Source: Macrostomum lignano
Taxonomy: Eukaryota
Length of the DNA stretch: 64,000 nucleotides
Direction of reading: 5' to 3'
Assembly: GCA_002269645.1 (NCBI GenBank)
Contig: NIVC01002178.1
Coordinates: forward strand, 1 to 64,000
Positions 51,301-62,448 of this stretch are shown here, piece by piece; position 1 is the first letter of the stretch; each line of letters starts with the position of its first letter. Below the pieces are notes generated by a model, which saw only the letters and a program-made list of their open reading frames with translations, made no database searches and had not been told where the DNA came from. Both the position numbers and the translations under genes were made by a program.

Positions 51301-54300
51301 TCTACAGGAACCGGTTAGGAGTCAGTGGAATCTACAGGAACCGGGTGAAGTCAGTGGAATCTACAGGAACTGGGTGGAAGTCAGTGGAATCTACAGGAAC
51401 CGGTTAGGAGTCAGTGGAATCTACAGGAACCGGGTGGAAGTCAGTGGAATCTACGGGAACCGGTTAGGAGTCAGTGGAATCTACAGGAACCGGTTGGGAG
51501 TCAGTGGAATCTACAGGAACCGGTTAGGAGTCAGTGGAATCTACGGGAACCGGTTGGGAGTCAGTGGAATCTACAGGAACTGGGTGGAAGTCAGTGGAAT
51601 CTACAGGAACCGGTTAGGAGTCAGTGGAATCTACAGGAACCGGTTGGGAGTCAGTGGAATCTACAGGAACCGGGTGGAAGTCAGTGGAATTTACAGGAAC
51701 CGGGTGGAAGTCAGTGGAATCTACGGGAACCGGTTGGGAGTCAGTGGAATCTACAGGAACCGGTTAGGAGTCAGTGGAATCTACAGGAACCGGGTGGAAG
51801 TCAGTGGAATCTACAGGAACCGGTTAGGAGTCAGTGGAATCTACAGGAACCGGGTGGAAGTCACTTGCCTGGAAGCGGAGCAGTGACGCGCTGTCCAGCC
51901 GAATATTGAAGGCAACGTTCAGCGCCGACTGATTGGTGAGGGTGAGCTGGCGCTCCACGTACTCGCCGGCGAGCACGGCGCCCAGATCGAACTGGCCAGT
52001 TTCTGAGCAGGACACCTTCGGCAGGATGCCGCAGCCCTGCAGGGTGACTCCCAGCTTTTGGCCGCCGCCAGTGTGCAGGAAAAACCGCTCGTGGAAGCTG
52101 CACTCTTTGTCCGGAGTGAAGCTGACCAGCACCGAGTGCGACTGCTGCGGCTCCAGCGGCCGCAGAGCGTTCAGAAGGGCAAAGGGGCCGTTGGGGTCCA
52201 GCAGGGAGCCGGTCAGGTTCAACTGGGAGGCGGAGATATTCTGCACCGTGAAGGACTTGACGGCCGTCTGGCCCAGCGAGACATTCTCGAAGTCCAGGGC
52301 GGACCGGCCGCTGTTCGAGATTATCGCCAGCTGCGGACTGACCACGGGACAGTTCACCTTCAGGTACAAGGTGTTCTCGGTCGAGTATTTCAGGGTGCCT
52401 GGCTCCGTAGGGCACCGGCCGGAGGCCACGAAGCACGGAACAGTGTGTGTGTTGAAATCGCCGAGGAATTTGCGCATCAGCGAGGCCTGGCCGGCGTAGA
52501 ACTGGTCCGAGTCCGGCGCGATCGACTCCGGCGGCGGCGCTTGGATCTCCGGGCCGCCGGCGCCGTCCGCGCCTCCAGCATCAGCGCCAGGGCCGCCAGC
52601 TCCGCGGCCTCCGCGACCGCCTGCAGCCGCACCGCCTCGGCCGCCGCCTCCCGCCTGCTTGGCTGGCGGCTGCTTGCCCTTGGCGCCCGGCTTGGATTTC
52701 TAAAGTTGTTAAAAAGTAACGCTTAGTTCACATCAATTCTTATTTAGTTTGCTACAAGGAAAATTCCAACTTCCAAAAATAGCCGGCGGAAGCCCATTTT
52801 CTAAAAATAGAAACACAACTCCCATCGGCCTTTTGGGGAACCCTGTTTCTAAAAATAGCACCTTACCCGGCCAAATTCGTCTCTAAATGTACGCTTAATT
52901 AAGTGCACTGGAATTCCCATCTGGAGAGCTGATGAGTCAAGCTAAAAGCTATTAATAGAAGCCAATCAAAACAAGTTTCGAGACTCTTTTAATTTAATTA
53001 CCGGTTCAGGCATTCTCTGTCTTCTGAAAATTTAGTGCTCAACGCAAGTTCATTCGTATTAAAAATATGCACAACAGGTTAACTGAAATTGCACACCTGG
53101 TTACTCGTGAGCATGCATTAAAGGAAAATTTGGTGAATTAGGAGAGTGACTTTTAGAAGTATACAGTTGATTGTTCAGAACAGATAAAGAGCGAACTCAG
53201 AATACAATTAGCCACACATAAAAAACTTGTTAAGCATCAAATTCTCAGCTTCCCGAACAGCAGACTGGCTCAGCCAATTCAAATCTTACGTCGTCCTTCT
53301 TGGGCGACTTTGCAGCCCCCTTCTTTGAGCTGGTTGCCTGAAAGTAGAAGATGTACTTTAGTATCCGACCCGGTGAATGAAAAAATATAAATGACTGCCA
53401 GCAATGCCCTAAGTGAATCGAACGTGAAGATTGATGTCAATGCAAGAGTGAATGACAAAGGAACATAAAAGTATTTCAATTCAATAATTACTGTAAATTC
53501 ATCGCACGAGTCCTGTAATTATAAGAATTACAAAGATAGAAAATATTATTTTTTTTAAATATACGATAATCTTTTATTAGTAGTAAAACACAAAATTCAC
53601 ACCTGCGCCTTCTCCGCCTCCTCTTGTTGGCGCCGCTGTTCGGCGCGCTGGCGCTCGCGCTCGGCACGCGCCTCGGCCTCCATGCGCAGGCCAGCCAGAC
53701 AGCTGGCCTCCTGCTGCACCTGGCGCACGGTGAACTTCGGCTTCAGGCGCAGGTGGATTCGCGCCCGCTCGCCCGGCATGACGGTGCCGACGCAGGGCGC
53801 CAGCTGGAACGGCGCGTCGTCCGGCACGACAAACTCGAATGAGGTCGGGCCGACCGGCGCGATGGGGCCCTTGCCGATGCGGGGCACCGGGTGGGAGTAC
53901 TCGTTCATGCTGGTGTGCTCGTTCACCACGTAGATCATGGCGTCGTTGAAGTCCTGCAGGGCGGTGGCCTTGAAGTTCACCACCTGCTCGGAGAGTCGCA
54001 ACGGCGGATGGACGCCGACCCCGGTGCAGGGGATGGAAAACTTGCGGTCGATGAGGGTGCGGCAGGTGAGCGTGAAGGCGAAGTCGGCCGCCCGGTCGGG
54101 GCTGAACACAACCTCCAGGCTGATGGTCTCCTTCGGCAGGATGACGCCGAATCCGTCGTTTGGTTGCACTTCGGCGTACTGCAACGTGGATGGGTGTTAA
54201 GTGCGGCAATTCCTGAGTTGATCTGATTGGCTGCTATTAATAGCTCGGAGAATCCCTAACTAGGAAGGCTCACATCGGGCAGTCCAACGAAGCCAAACTT

Positions 54301-56061
54301 CTGCGGCAGCAGGCTGTTGTTGGTCAGCCGGATGGTGCGCACTGCCGACTCGTAGATGGTGCAGCAGCCGAAGTCCAGCCCATCGACGTCGAATTCTAAA
54401 TCGGATCCCGTTACCACGGCAACGGCAGTGAATTCTATTGGCCGTGTCTGCTCGGCCACCCTGATGGTCAGCGGCACCTCCAGGACGCCGGTGGCCGGAT
54501 CGAAAAACTCTCCGGCCGCATCGTCGGCTAGGGAGGCGCGCGGCAGGAACTTCAGCTGGGCGGAGAAGCTGCTGCGGGCCTGCACGTAGCCGGTCTTGGG
54601 CAGCAGCTCCATGTGGCCTTGCAGTTTCGGCGGTACCTGAGAGAGGCGAGTTTTCGAGTGCCAGGGTGCCAGATACGAAAAATTATATAGCCTACGCTGA
54701 CTGCGAAGGGCCTGGCTGCGTGCAGCCTTAGTCTATGGGCCATAGACTATAAAGGATAAGCAAAGTGATAAAAAGCCATCCAATGTGAGGCTGAATACGA
54801 AGGGCCTAGCTGCGTCCAGCCTAGTCTATGAGCCATAGACTATAAAGGATAAGCTAAGATTGGCTAGTCATATGGCTCAGAAGCTCAGAAGGTATAAAAA
54901 TAAAAGAATACGACGCATAGACCAATCGATTCTCACATTGGATGGCTTTTTATCACTTTGCTTGTCCTTTATTGTCTATGGCCCATAGACTAAGGCTGCA
55001 CGCAGCCAGGCCCTTCGCAGTCAGCGTAGGCAGGATTCTCATTTTGGGTGGCTTTATTCTCAGTTAGGCTGACAAAAGCAATACTAGAGAACGCATAGCG
55101 CTGAATGGGGTTTTTCCCATAGACAAATTCAGTCAAGAAAACCCTGCATGGGGTTTAGGCCATAGACTGTAGCTTCTGCTGCTCTCAAGCATTAGCAGAA
55201 GCTAGTGTCTGTGGCCCTAACCCCAGGATTTACACCTGCCCTAATGTGCTACTGCGCGGCGCATCTGAAGGCTGCGTACGGCTGTTCAGTCCAAGGACTG
55301 GGGGGGGGGGGGGGTCGCCACACACAGCCTCAAACACCCCAGCTAATGCTGGCACCCATTTTACAGCTGGGTGAACTGGATTATTCAGAGTTAAGTGTCT
55401 TGCTCAACAGTACACAATTTGTTTCGAGTGCGTTGAGAATCGAACCCCCGACCTTACAGTCGTGAGTCCGACGCTCTGACCACTGGGCCCCGCCTCCCAT
55501 CCCGACTCACCTGGAAGTGCAGCTTCAGCGCGGTGCTGGCCCGGTTGCGCACCACCACGGTGTCCTGGTACAGCCGGTCCTGGGTGCACACCCGCAGGTC
55601 CACCGTGCTCCTCTCCAGCCACACCGGCACGTCCACCGCCACCCCGACGGCTTCGAAGCTCAAGCTGGCCGAGGCGGGATCGTCGAAGTCGACGCGGAAC
55701 TCAGCGCGATTGCCGCCAGGTAGGCTGGGCAGCCACACCAGCTCCAGCTTGACCTCCGAGAACGGCGCCAGCCAGCCGCTGGATGTGCGCCCGACAGACA
55801 TGCCGTCGGTGAGTCGCGCCGGCAGCTCCTCCTGCGGCTGTCGCTGCTCGCCTGAGTCAGCCTGGCCGACCTGCTCGATCAGCGAGTCTCCAGCCGCCGC
55901 GGCGGCCACCTCAGCGGCTGCTCCAGGAGCCGCTGGGGAGGCCGCGGGAGCTGCTGGTGGTGCTGAAACGGCCGAATCCGCCGCCGGCTCCTCCGCGGCT
56001 TTTTCATCCTCAGTCTGGGGGGTGAAAATCAATCAATCAATCAATATATCAACCAACCAAC

Positions 56062-56116
<55 letters not shown>

Positions 56117-59100
56117 CCAATTAATAAAAAAATTATTCAACCAGTCAATTTTTGAATCAATCAATAAGTCAATCAAATCTACCGGCCAATTAATCAATCA
56201 GTCAATCGATCAAACAATCCATCCAGCTCCATCGCCAAGCCCTGACTCACCGGAGCTGTGGTGGAATACTCTGTCCTCTCTCGAACTCTGAACGGGTCCA
56301 GTTTGGTCAGGGCGAAGTTGCAGCCTTTGGCACCGGCGTTGCGCAGGGTCAAAGTCTGATGAAGCGTCTCGCCAATCACGCTGACGCCAAAGTCAACCTT
56401 GGCTTTGTCGATTGATAGCTGAGGAGCGGGAAGTGCAACATGGGAAGTGCTGACATGCAGTTCACAGTGTGGTTGTTTGGAATAAAGTGAGTCTTAGGAT
56501 TGAGATGGGTGCTAGCACTGGCTGTGTGATAGTTGTGAGGCGGCTTTTAAGGTTGAGGAGAAGGCTAGGAGTGGGGTGATTTCTAGGAGTGAGGTAGCTG
56601 CTAGGAGTGAGGTGGATGCTAGAAGTGAGGTGGGTGCTAGGAGTGAGGTGGGTGCTAGGAGTGGGGTGGATGCTAGGATAGGAGTGAGGTGGGTGCTAGG
56701 AGTAGGGTGGGTGCTAGGAGTGGGGTGGATGCTAGGATAGGAGTGAGGTGGGTGCTAGGAGTGGGGTGGGTGCTAGGAGTGAGGTGGGTGCTAAAAGTGG
56801 GGTGGGTTCTAGGAGTGGGGTGCTTGGGGTGAGCTTGGCTGTGATTGGCTGAGGGCAATAATAGAAAAATCGCATTCACTCACATCGCACTTTTTCGTAG
56901 TGCACAGAATCGGCACAGAGAACTGGCCAGTCTGGCAAAGGAAGGTGATTTCGCCGCTGAGATCTTCGTTAATCCGAGGTGTGAAGCTGAGCACCAGCTG
57001 GCAGGACATGCCGGCGGAGAGGTGGCCGGGCGGGTTAAATTGGATCTGGATGAAGTTGTTCAGATAGTCCGTCATGCCAACCAGCTTGCAGGAGTTCACA
57101 CTGTAGGATGCATTTGTCAGCGTGACCTTCTGCTTGTAGGTCTGATCCACTTCGAAGTCCTTGAAGTGCACCACCTCCGGCTTGCTGAAGAAGGCGGCGT
57201 CGCCTTTGAATTCGCGACCGGCGGCCACCTGCTTGGTGACAATATTGGCTCTGGTCTGGTCCAGAACTCGGCGCATGATTTCCTGGAATTTTGGGGAGGG
57301 CAGATTCTCATAGACAGTCTTGTGTGAGGGGCAGATTCTCATAGACAGTCTTGTGTGAGGGGCAGATTCTCATAGACAGTCTTGTGTGAGGGGCAGATTC
57401 TCATAGACAGTCTTGTGTGAGGGGCAGATTCTCATAGACAGTCTTGTGTGAGGGGCAGATTCTCATAGACAGTCTTGTGTGAGGGGGCAGATTCTCATAG
57501 ACAGTCTTCTATGAGGGACGAATTCATCTACCAACCTGCTCCATGTGGGAGGCCTTCCCATTGCGGATGTAGTCCACCTTGTCGGTGCGCGGGATGCTGT
57601 AGGCCTTGAAGGTGTCCCACATGCCGGCGAACTGCGGCTTCGCCAACGACTCAGCGCCCGACGCCGCCTCCGCCGCGGCCGCCGCCAGCGACGCCCGCAA
57701 AGTCGCCGTCGTGGCATCCGCTGGCTCGTCATCGTCATCGTCGGCGGCGGCAGTGAAGCGCCGCGTCGCGCCCGGCGCCGTCTCCTCGTCGGACGAGTCA
57801 ACGGGCGCCTCACGACGCGCCGAATTCGTCAGCTCGGCGCCGGCGCTGAAGGCCCGCCCGCCGGAGTCGGCTGCGTCCAGCGCTGCCTCGATGTCGCGCG
57901 TCATCCGCAGCTTCCGACTGCGCCGAAACGGCGCCGCTGACGACGACGTCGTTGTGGACAGGCCGCGCGTGTCTTTGGCGTACAGGTAGGGCAGCCGCTC
58001 GCGCTTCTTCTTCTCCCAGTCCTCCTCAATCAGCAGGCGCGCCGCGATGTCTGCCTGCTTCTTCCGCTGTTCGTTGCGCCAAATATCGGAATCGGCGCGG
58101 GCCTCGGCTGCGCGGCGCTCCCGACGCAGCGCCAGACCGGCGTCGCCGCCTGCGGCGATCGTCTCGGTGCGTAGTTCGCGCGCCTCAGCGTCGGCGCGGC
58201 GCTGCTCGGCGCGAGCCCGGTTGCCAAGCGCCGTGAGGTTCTCCCGATTGCCGGCGATGCCCTCCTTCAGGCGCAGCACTGAGCGAACCTTCTTCTCGAA
58301 ATCCTCCCTGTAGCGCTCCTCCTCGGCGTCGCGGGCCTGCCGGATGCTGCGCATGGTCTCCAGCAGGCGGGCATTGTGCAGGTCGTGCGCCGCCTTCACC
58401 CGGCGCCGGTTGTCCGACTCCTGCAGGTCCATGCGCTCGCGCCACTGGCGCAGTTCCCTGCGCGCGGTAGTTGAATAATATTGCAGATCCCCAGGATAGA
58501 TGTCAGTGTCTATAGATTGGGCCTTGGGGTGTAGGGAGACCTGAACTAGATCCTAACCTGGATTTATAGGGCCGGGTTGGAGTGGCCTGGATTTATAGGT
58601 CCGGGTTGGAGTGGCCTGGATTTATAGGGCCGGGTTGGAGTGGCCTGGATTTATAGGGCCGGGTGAAGTGGCCTGGATTTATAGGGCCCGCGAGGAGTGG
58701 CCTGGATTTATAGGGCCGGGTGGAGTGGCCTGGATTTATAGGGCCCGCGAGGAGTGGCCTGGATTTATAGGGCCGGGTGGAGTGGCCTGGATTTATAGGG
58801 CCGGTTGGAGTGGCCTGGATTTCTAGAGCCAGAGCGGGCCATGGGCTGTCCTGGATTTTGGAACGTGTTACTCCAACAATTTGAGCAAGCCAGCATCCAC
58901 CATACGCTCACTCTTCCTTCCGTTGGAAGAAGCCTTCGGTGGCGTCGGCAAATTTCCTCTCCTTCAGCTGCCGTAGGGCCGCCACCTCGGCTTTGAACTC
59001 GTCGTAGAGCTGCTCCTTCTGCCGCAGCTCGTGGTCGGTTAGCAACTGCTTGCCCTGCTCGATTCGGGCGAGGGTCAGCTCGTACCTGAGTGAGGGGGTT

Positions 59101-61581
59101 GTCGGCTTTGAGTTCAATGTGGTATAGTAGAACGCTGAACTGCTGGACCGGACACTTGGCTTTTGAAACTGCCACTGCAATCCCGAAACTTGTCATCACA
59201 ATCCCAAAACTGCCATCACAATCCCAAAACTGTCATCACAATCCCAAAACTGCCGTCACAATTCCGAAACTGACATCACAATTCCGAAACTGACATCAAA
59301 TTCCTGAAACTGCCATCACTATCCCGAAACTGCTATCACATTCCCGAAACTGCCATCACAATCCCGAAACTGCTATCACAATCCCAAAACTGCCACCACA
59401 ATCCCGAAACTACCATCACAATCCTAAAACTACCACCGCAATCTCAGAACTGCCTTCACAATACCGAAACTGCAATTGCAATCCCGAAACTGCCATCACA
59501 ATCCCGAAACTGCCATCACAATCCCGAAACTGCTATCACAATCCCAAAACTGCCACCACAATCCCGAAACTACCATCACAATCCTAAAACTACCAGTGCA
59601 ATCTCAGAACTGCCTTCACAATACCGAAACTGCAATTGCAATCCCGAAACTGCCATCACAATCCCGAAACTGCCATTGCAATCCCAAAACTGCCATCACA
59701 ATACCGAAACTGCCATCACAATCCCGAAACTGCCATCACAATCCCGAAACTGCCATCACAACCCCAAAACTGCCATCACAATCCCAAAACTGCCATCACA
59801 ATCCCGAAACTGCCATCACAATCCCGAAACTGCAATTGCAATCCCGAAACTGCCATCACAATAACGAAATTGCCATTGCAATCCCGAAACTGCCATCACA
59901 ATACCGAAACTGCCATTGCAATCCCGAAACTGCCATCACAATACCGAAACTGCCATCACAATCCCGAAACTGCCATCACAATCCCGAAACTGCCATCACA
60001 ATCCCGAAACTCACTCGGCCTCCAGCAGGCTCCGGTAGATGTGGCTGGCCAGCAGCTCCTCGCCCGACTTCTCCTGTCCGATTCGCTCCAGCTGGGCGCG
60101 CAGACGAAACGCCGCAGCCGAATTGGCCGCCGTCTCCTGCTGCACGATCTGGCCGGAGACGTCGACCGCCTCGCGGTCCAACTCCTCCACTCGCTTCCTG
60201 CAGCGGTTGTTCTCCTCCCTGTTTATGTGGCGGTGGGCTGCCAGTTTTTGGTTTGAAGACATTTGGGAGACCAGAGGGGGCTGACATTGGGGCGAATAGC
60301 ATTTGACACTGGGGGGACAGCGTCTGAGCATTCTGGGCTGGCAGAAGGTAAGAACAAAGACTCACCTGTACTTGTCCACCTCGTACTGTCTCTCCTTCAC
60401 CTTATCGTCCAGTCGCTTTAGGAAGGCTCGAGTGTGAATCATCTCGGCGCGCTCGCGCTGGGTGAACTTCTTCACCGGTTTTGGCGCGCCCTCGTCCGCC
60501 TGCTCCGAGTTGCCGCAGATTGAACTGTGAAGTTGAAAAGGGTGCGAACAGATGAAAAAGGAGAGACTTCGATTTTTATTATTATATCTCATCTCTTATA
60601 CTTCCTCATCTACATCATTGGCGTCTTGTCGGAAAAGAAAATACAAAATGACCAAAATTTATTATTTGAAATAGTATCATTAGATTTTAATTTCCTTTAA
60701 AGTCAAAATCAATCTAAGATTCTGCCCTAATTTTCTTTTCTTGTAACAAGTGTTAATAAAAAATTAGAGATAATTAACAAATAATACTTTAACGCCCTAT
60801 TAGTTCGTTTAACTCAATCAAACCTGTTGGTATTATAATTGAAATAGTGATGTTTTACATGGAACAAAAAACAAAGAGCCAATTGTAAGCAAAAATGCAT
60901 CGAATTTTTTAGCAGAATTATAATAAAACATAAAAAGCTAAAAAAAGCCTTATTGGGATGTAATGTTGCTTATCTCTTTGTCAATATTCATGAACAAAAA
61001 ACTTTTCACAAAGCGAAAATACATCTATAGTTGCTTTCTAAAAATAGATCGTAAGAAGTAAGTAAATCTGGTCAGGACAGATCCAGGCCCTCAAAAAGTC
61101 ATACTTTGGCATATTATGAACAATGATGGCATATTTTTCTGGGTTCTATAATAAGGGGGCAAATGCATTGATGCAATTTTGTGTTTTTACTACCCATTCT
61201 TGTTTAAAATACGATAGTCGTAGAACAGATATCTTCACAATATACTAAATCTCTAAGTCATTTCTAAAGATGGAAACTATAACGACCCTTCTTGATGCAA
61301 TGCTATATAAAAATCTTGAATATTTAGTGATTTAAATAAAAGTAAATGACTTACTTAAGCTCATCGATTTGTTCCTGTGTTAGTCCTTCACCATTCATTT
61401 GACCATCATCATCGTAGAATTCAACCTCGTCAAAATTTTCTTCGGGCTGGTCACCGAAAAGGAACTGCTGTTCTCCTTCTCCCTCTTCATACTCATCATA
61501 ATCTCCATTGGCAAGATCATCGTGCGATTCATAGTTATTCAATGCGTCAGATGAGTTAAGAAGATCTTTAGCTGAATCCAT
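48388..61581 (-). CDS. CFAP74: Cilia- and flagella-associated protein 74, complete 15-exon gene, ~1763 aa
   Basis: Exons: 61581-61355, 60524-60366, 60218-60015, 59085-58912, 58457-57536, 57282-56884, 56418-56251, 56014-55511, 54636-54274, 54178-53603, 52699-51869, 50369-50036, 49187-49057, 48813-48679, 48552-48388. All junctions are phase-consistent (5292 nt). Motifs GREFKG..FFSKPEVVHFKDF, FNPPGHLSAGMSC, ELLPKTGYVQA, EVQPNDGFGVILPKET and YVGCVRT. Confidence 0.93.
49460..50000. repeat. 24-bp minisatellite in CFAP74 intron 12
   Basis: (ACAGACAACCAGAGAGTCACCCAC)n. Confidence 0.95.
50390..51862. repeat. 30-bp satellite filling CFAP74 intron 11
   Basis: (AGGAACCGGTTAGGAGTCAGTGGAATCTAC)n spans almost the whole 1.5-kb intron. 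Confidence 0.97.
54690..55031. mobile_element. MITE with 100-bp near-perfect TIRs in CFAP74 intron 8
   Basis: 54690-54789 is the reverse complement of 54932-55031 (2 mismatches seen). A degenerate extra copy of the left arm lies at ~54790-54855. Confidence 0.85.
55200..55498 (-). mobile_element. tRNA-derived SINE with a CORE-like domain
   Basis: Minus strand: A-box-like GGGCCCAGTGG, B-box GGTTCGATTC (55446-55437), then TGTGTACTGTTGAGCAAGACACTTAACTCTG...CAGCTGTAAAATGGG, resembling the MIR CORE consensus. The 3' end is approximate. Confidence 0.8.
56029..56220. repeat. (ATCA)n microsatellite, CFAP74 intron 7
   Basis: Visible. Confidence 0.9.
56560..56820. repeat. 18-bp minisatellite, CFAP74 intron 6
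   Basis: (CTAGGAGTGAGGTGGGTG)n. Confidence 0.9.
57298..57510. repeat. 31-bp minisatellite, CFAP74 intron 5
   Basis: (GGGGCAGATTCTCATAGACAGTCTTGTGTGA)n, about 7 copies. Confidence 0.95.
58557..58822. repeat. 28-29-bp minisatellite, CFAP74 intron 4
   Basis: (GGAGTGGCCTGGATTTATAGGGCCGGGT)n. Confidence 0.93.
59165..60010. repeat. 20-bp minisatellite, CFAP74 intron 3
   Basis: (ATCCCGAAACTGCCATCACA)n runs right up to the donor at 60014. Confidence 0.97.
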
Positions 61582-62448
61582 TGCTGATAGTAGCTAGGAA
61601 TCAGCTCAATTTCCACCACGTTTCGACCAAGCAAAAATTGAATAAAAAATCATAAAAAATCGAAATTAAACAGTATGGACGCGTAGCTTAGGGTAGAAAC
61701 AGTAAAACAAAAATTACTTGTCTCATTAAAGATATATCTGAAAATAAATACTTTTTGCGTAGGAAGATACGTTTTTATCATTTATTTGCAAAATCGTTGA
61801 CTATCTAATTTTAAAACTTAAAGCATTAAAGCATGTTTAGCGTCGTTGCATTTTTAAATTAGTCTTTTGCCAGAATAAAAGTTCTACATATGTATGGCAT
61901 AAGATTAGTGTTAGAAATTGTTTGTGTTTGCATGTTGATCGATCTTACTGCTTGTAATTGTGATAGAATCGCTGCAGCGCCTACTAAAACTTTCTGAATT
62001 ACAATCGTAGTACTCGTATTACACAAGCCAATTGGTCCACGCTTTAGTTTCTGTCTCAGTCTCATGACTAAACTAAATTATTTATTTGTGTAGTGTACTA
62101 CTTTATAATATGACATTTTTGAAAAGGAACATTGTATAAAAATATTATGAAAATTTAAGCTTATTTATTATATCAAAAAACATACTGTCTCATCAAAGAG
62201 AATAAACTTAATTTTGTCAAAATTGTCACACTCCACCTTTACTTACAATTACCATCCTATAATCCATAAAACAAAAGTGTCGCGTCTGTGTCGATATTAG
62301 TTATACTAAATTTAAAAGGTTCTAATTGCTTGCTATCCAGACTGATTTAAAAATAATCAAATTTATATACTTTCATGTGTCGCTTTTAGTAATACGAGTA
62401 TAAAAGAAAAGCTTTAAAATGCAATAACTTTTCAGCAGTCGACTGTTG

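Noticed and set aside
49290-51886. SHPHRQ and GVSGIYRN repeat ORFs
   Set aside because: Intronic satellites on the opposite strand of CFAP74.
55420-55498. Functional tRNA gene
   Set aside because: The acceptor stem does not close and the sequence runs into a SINE body.
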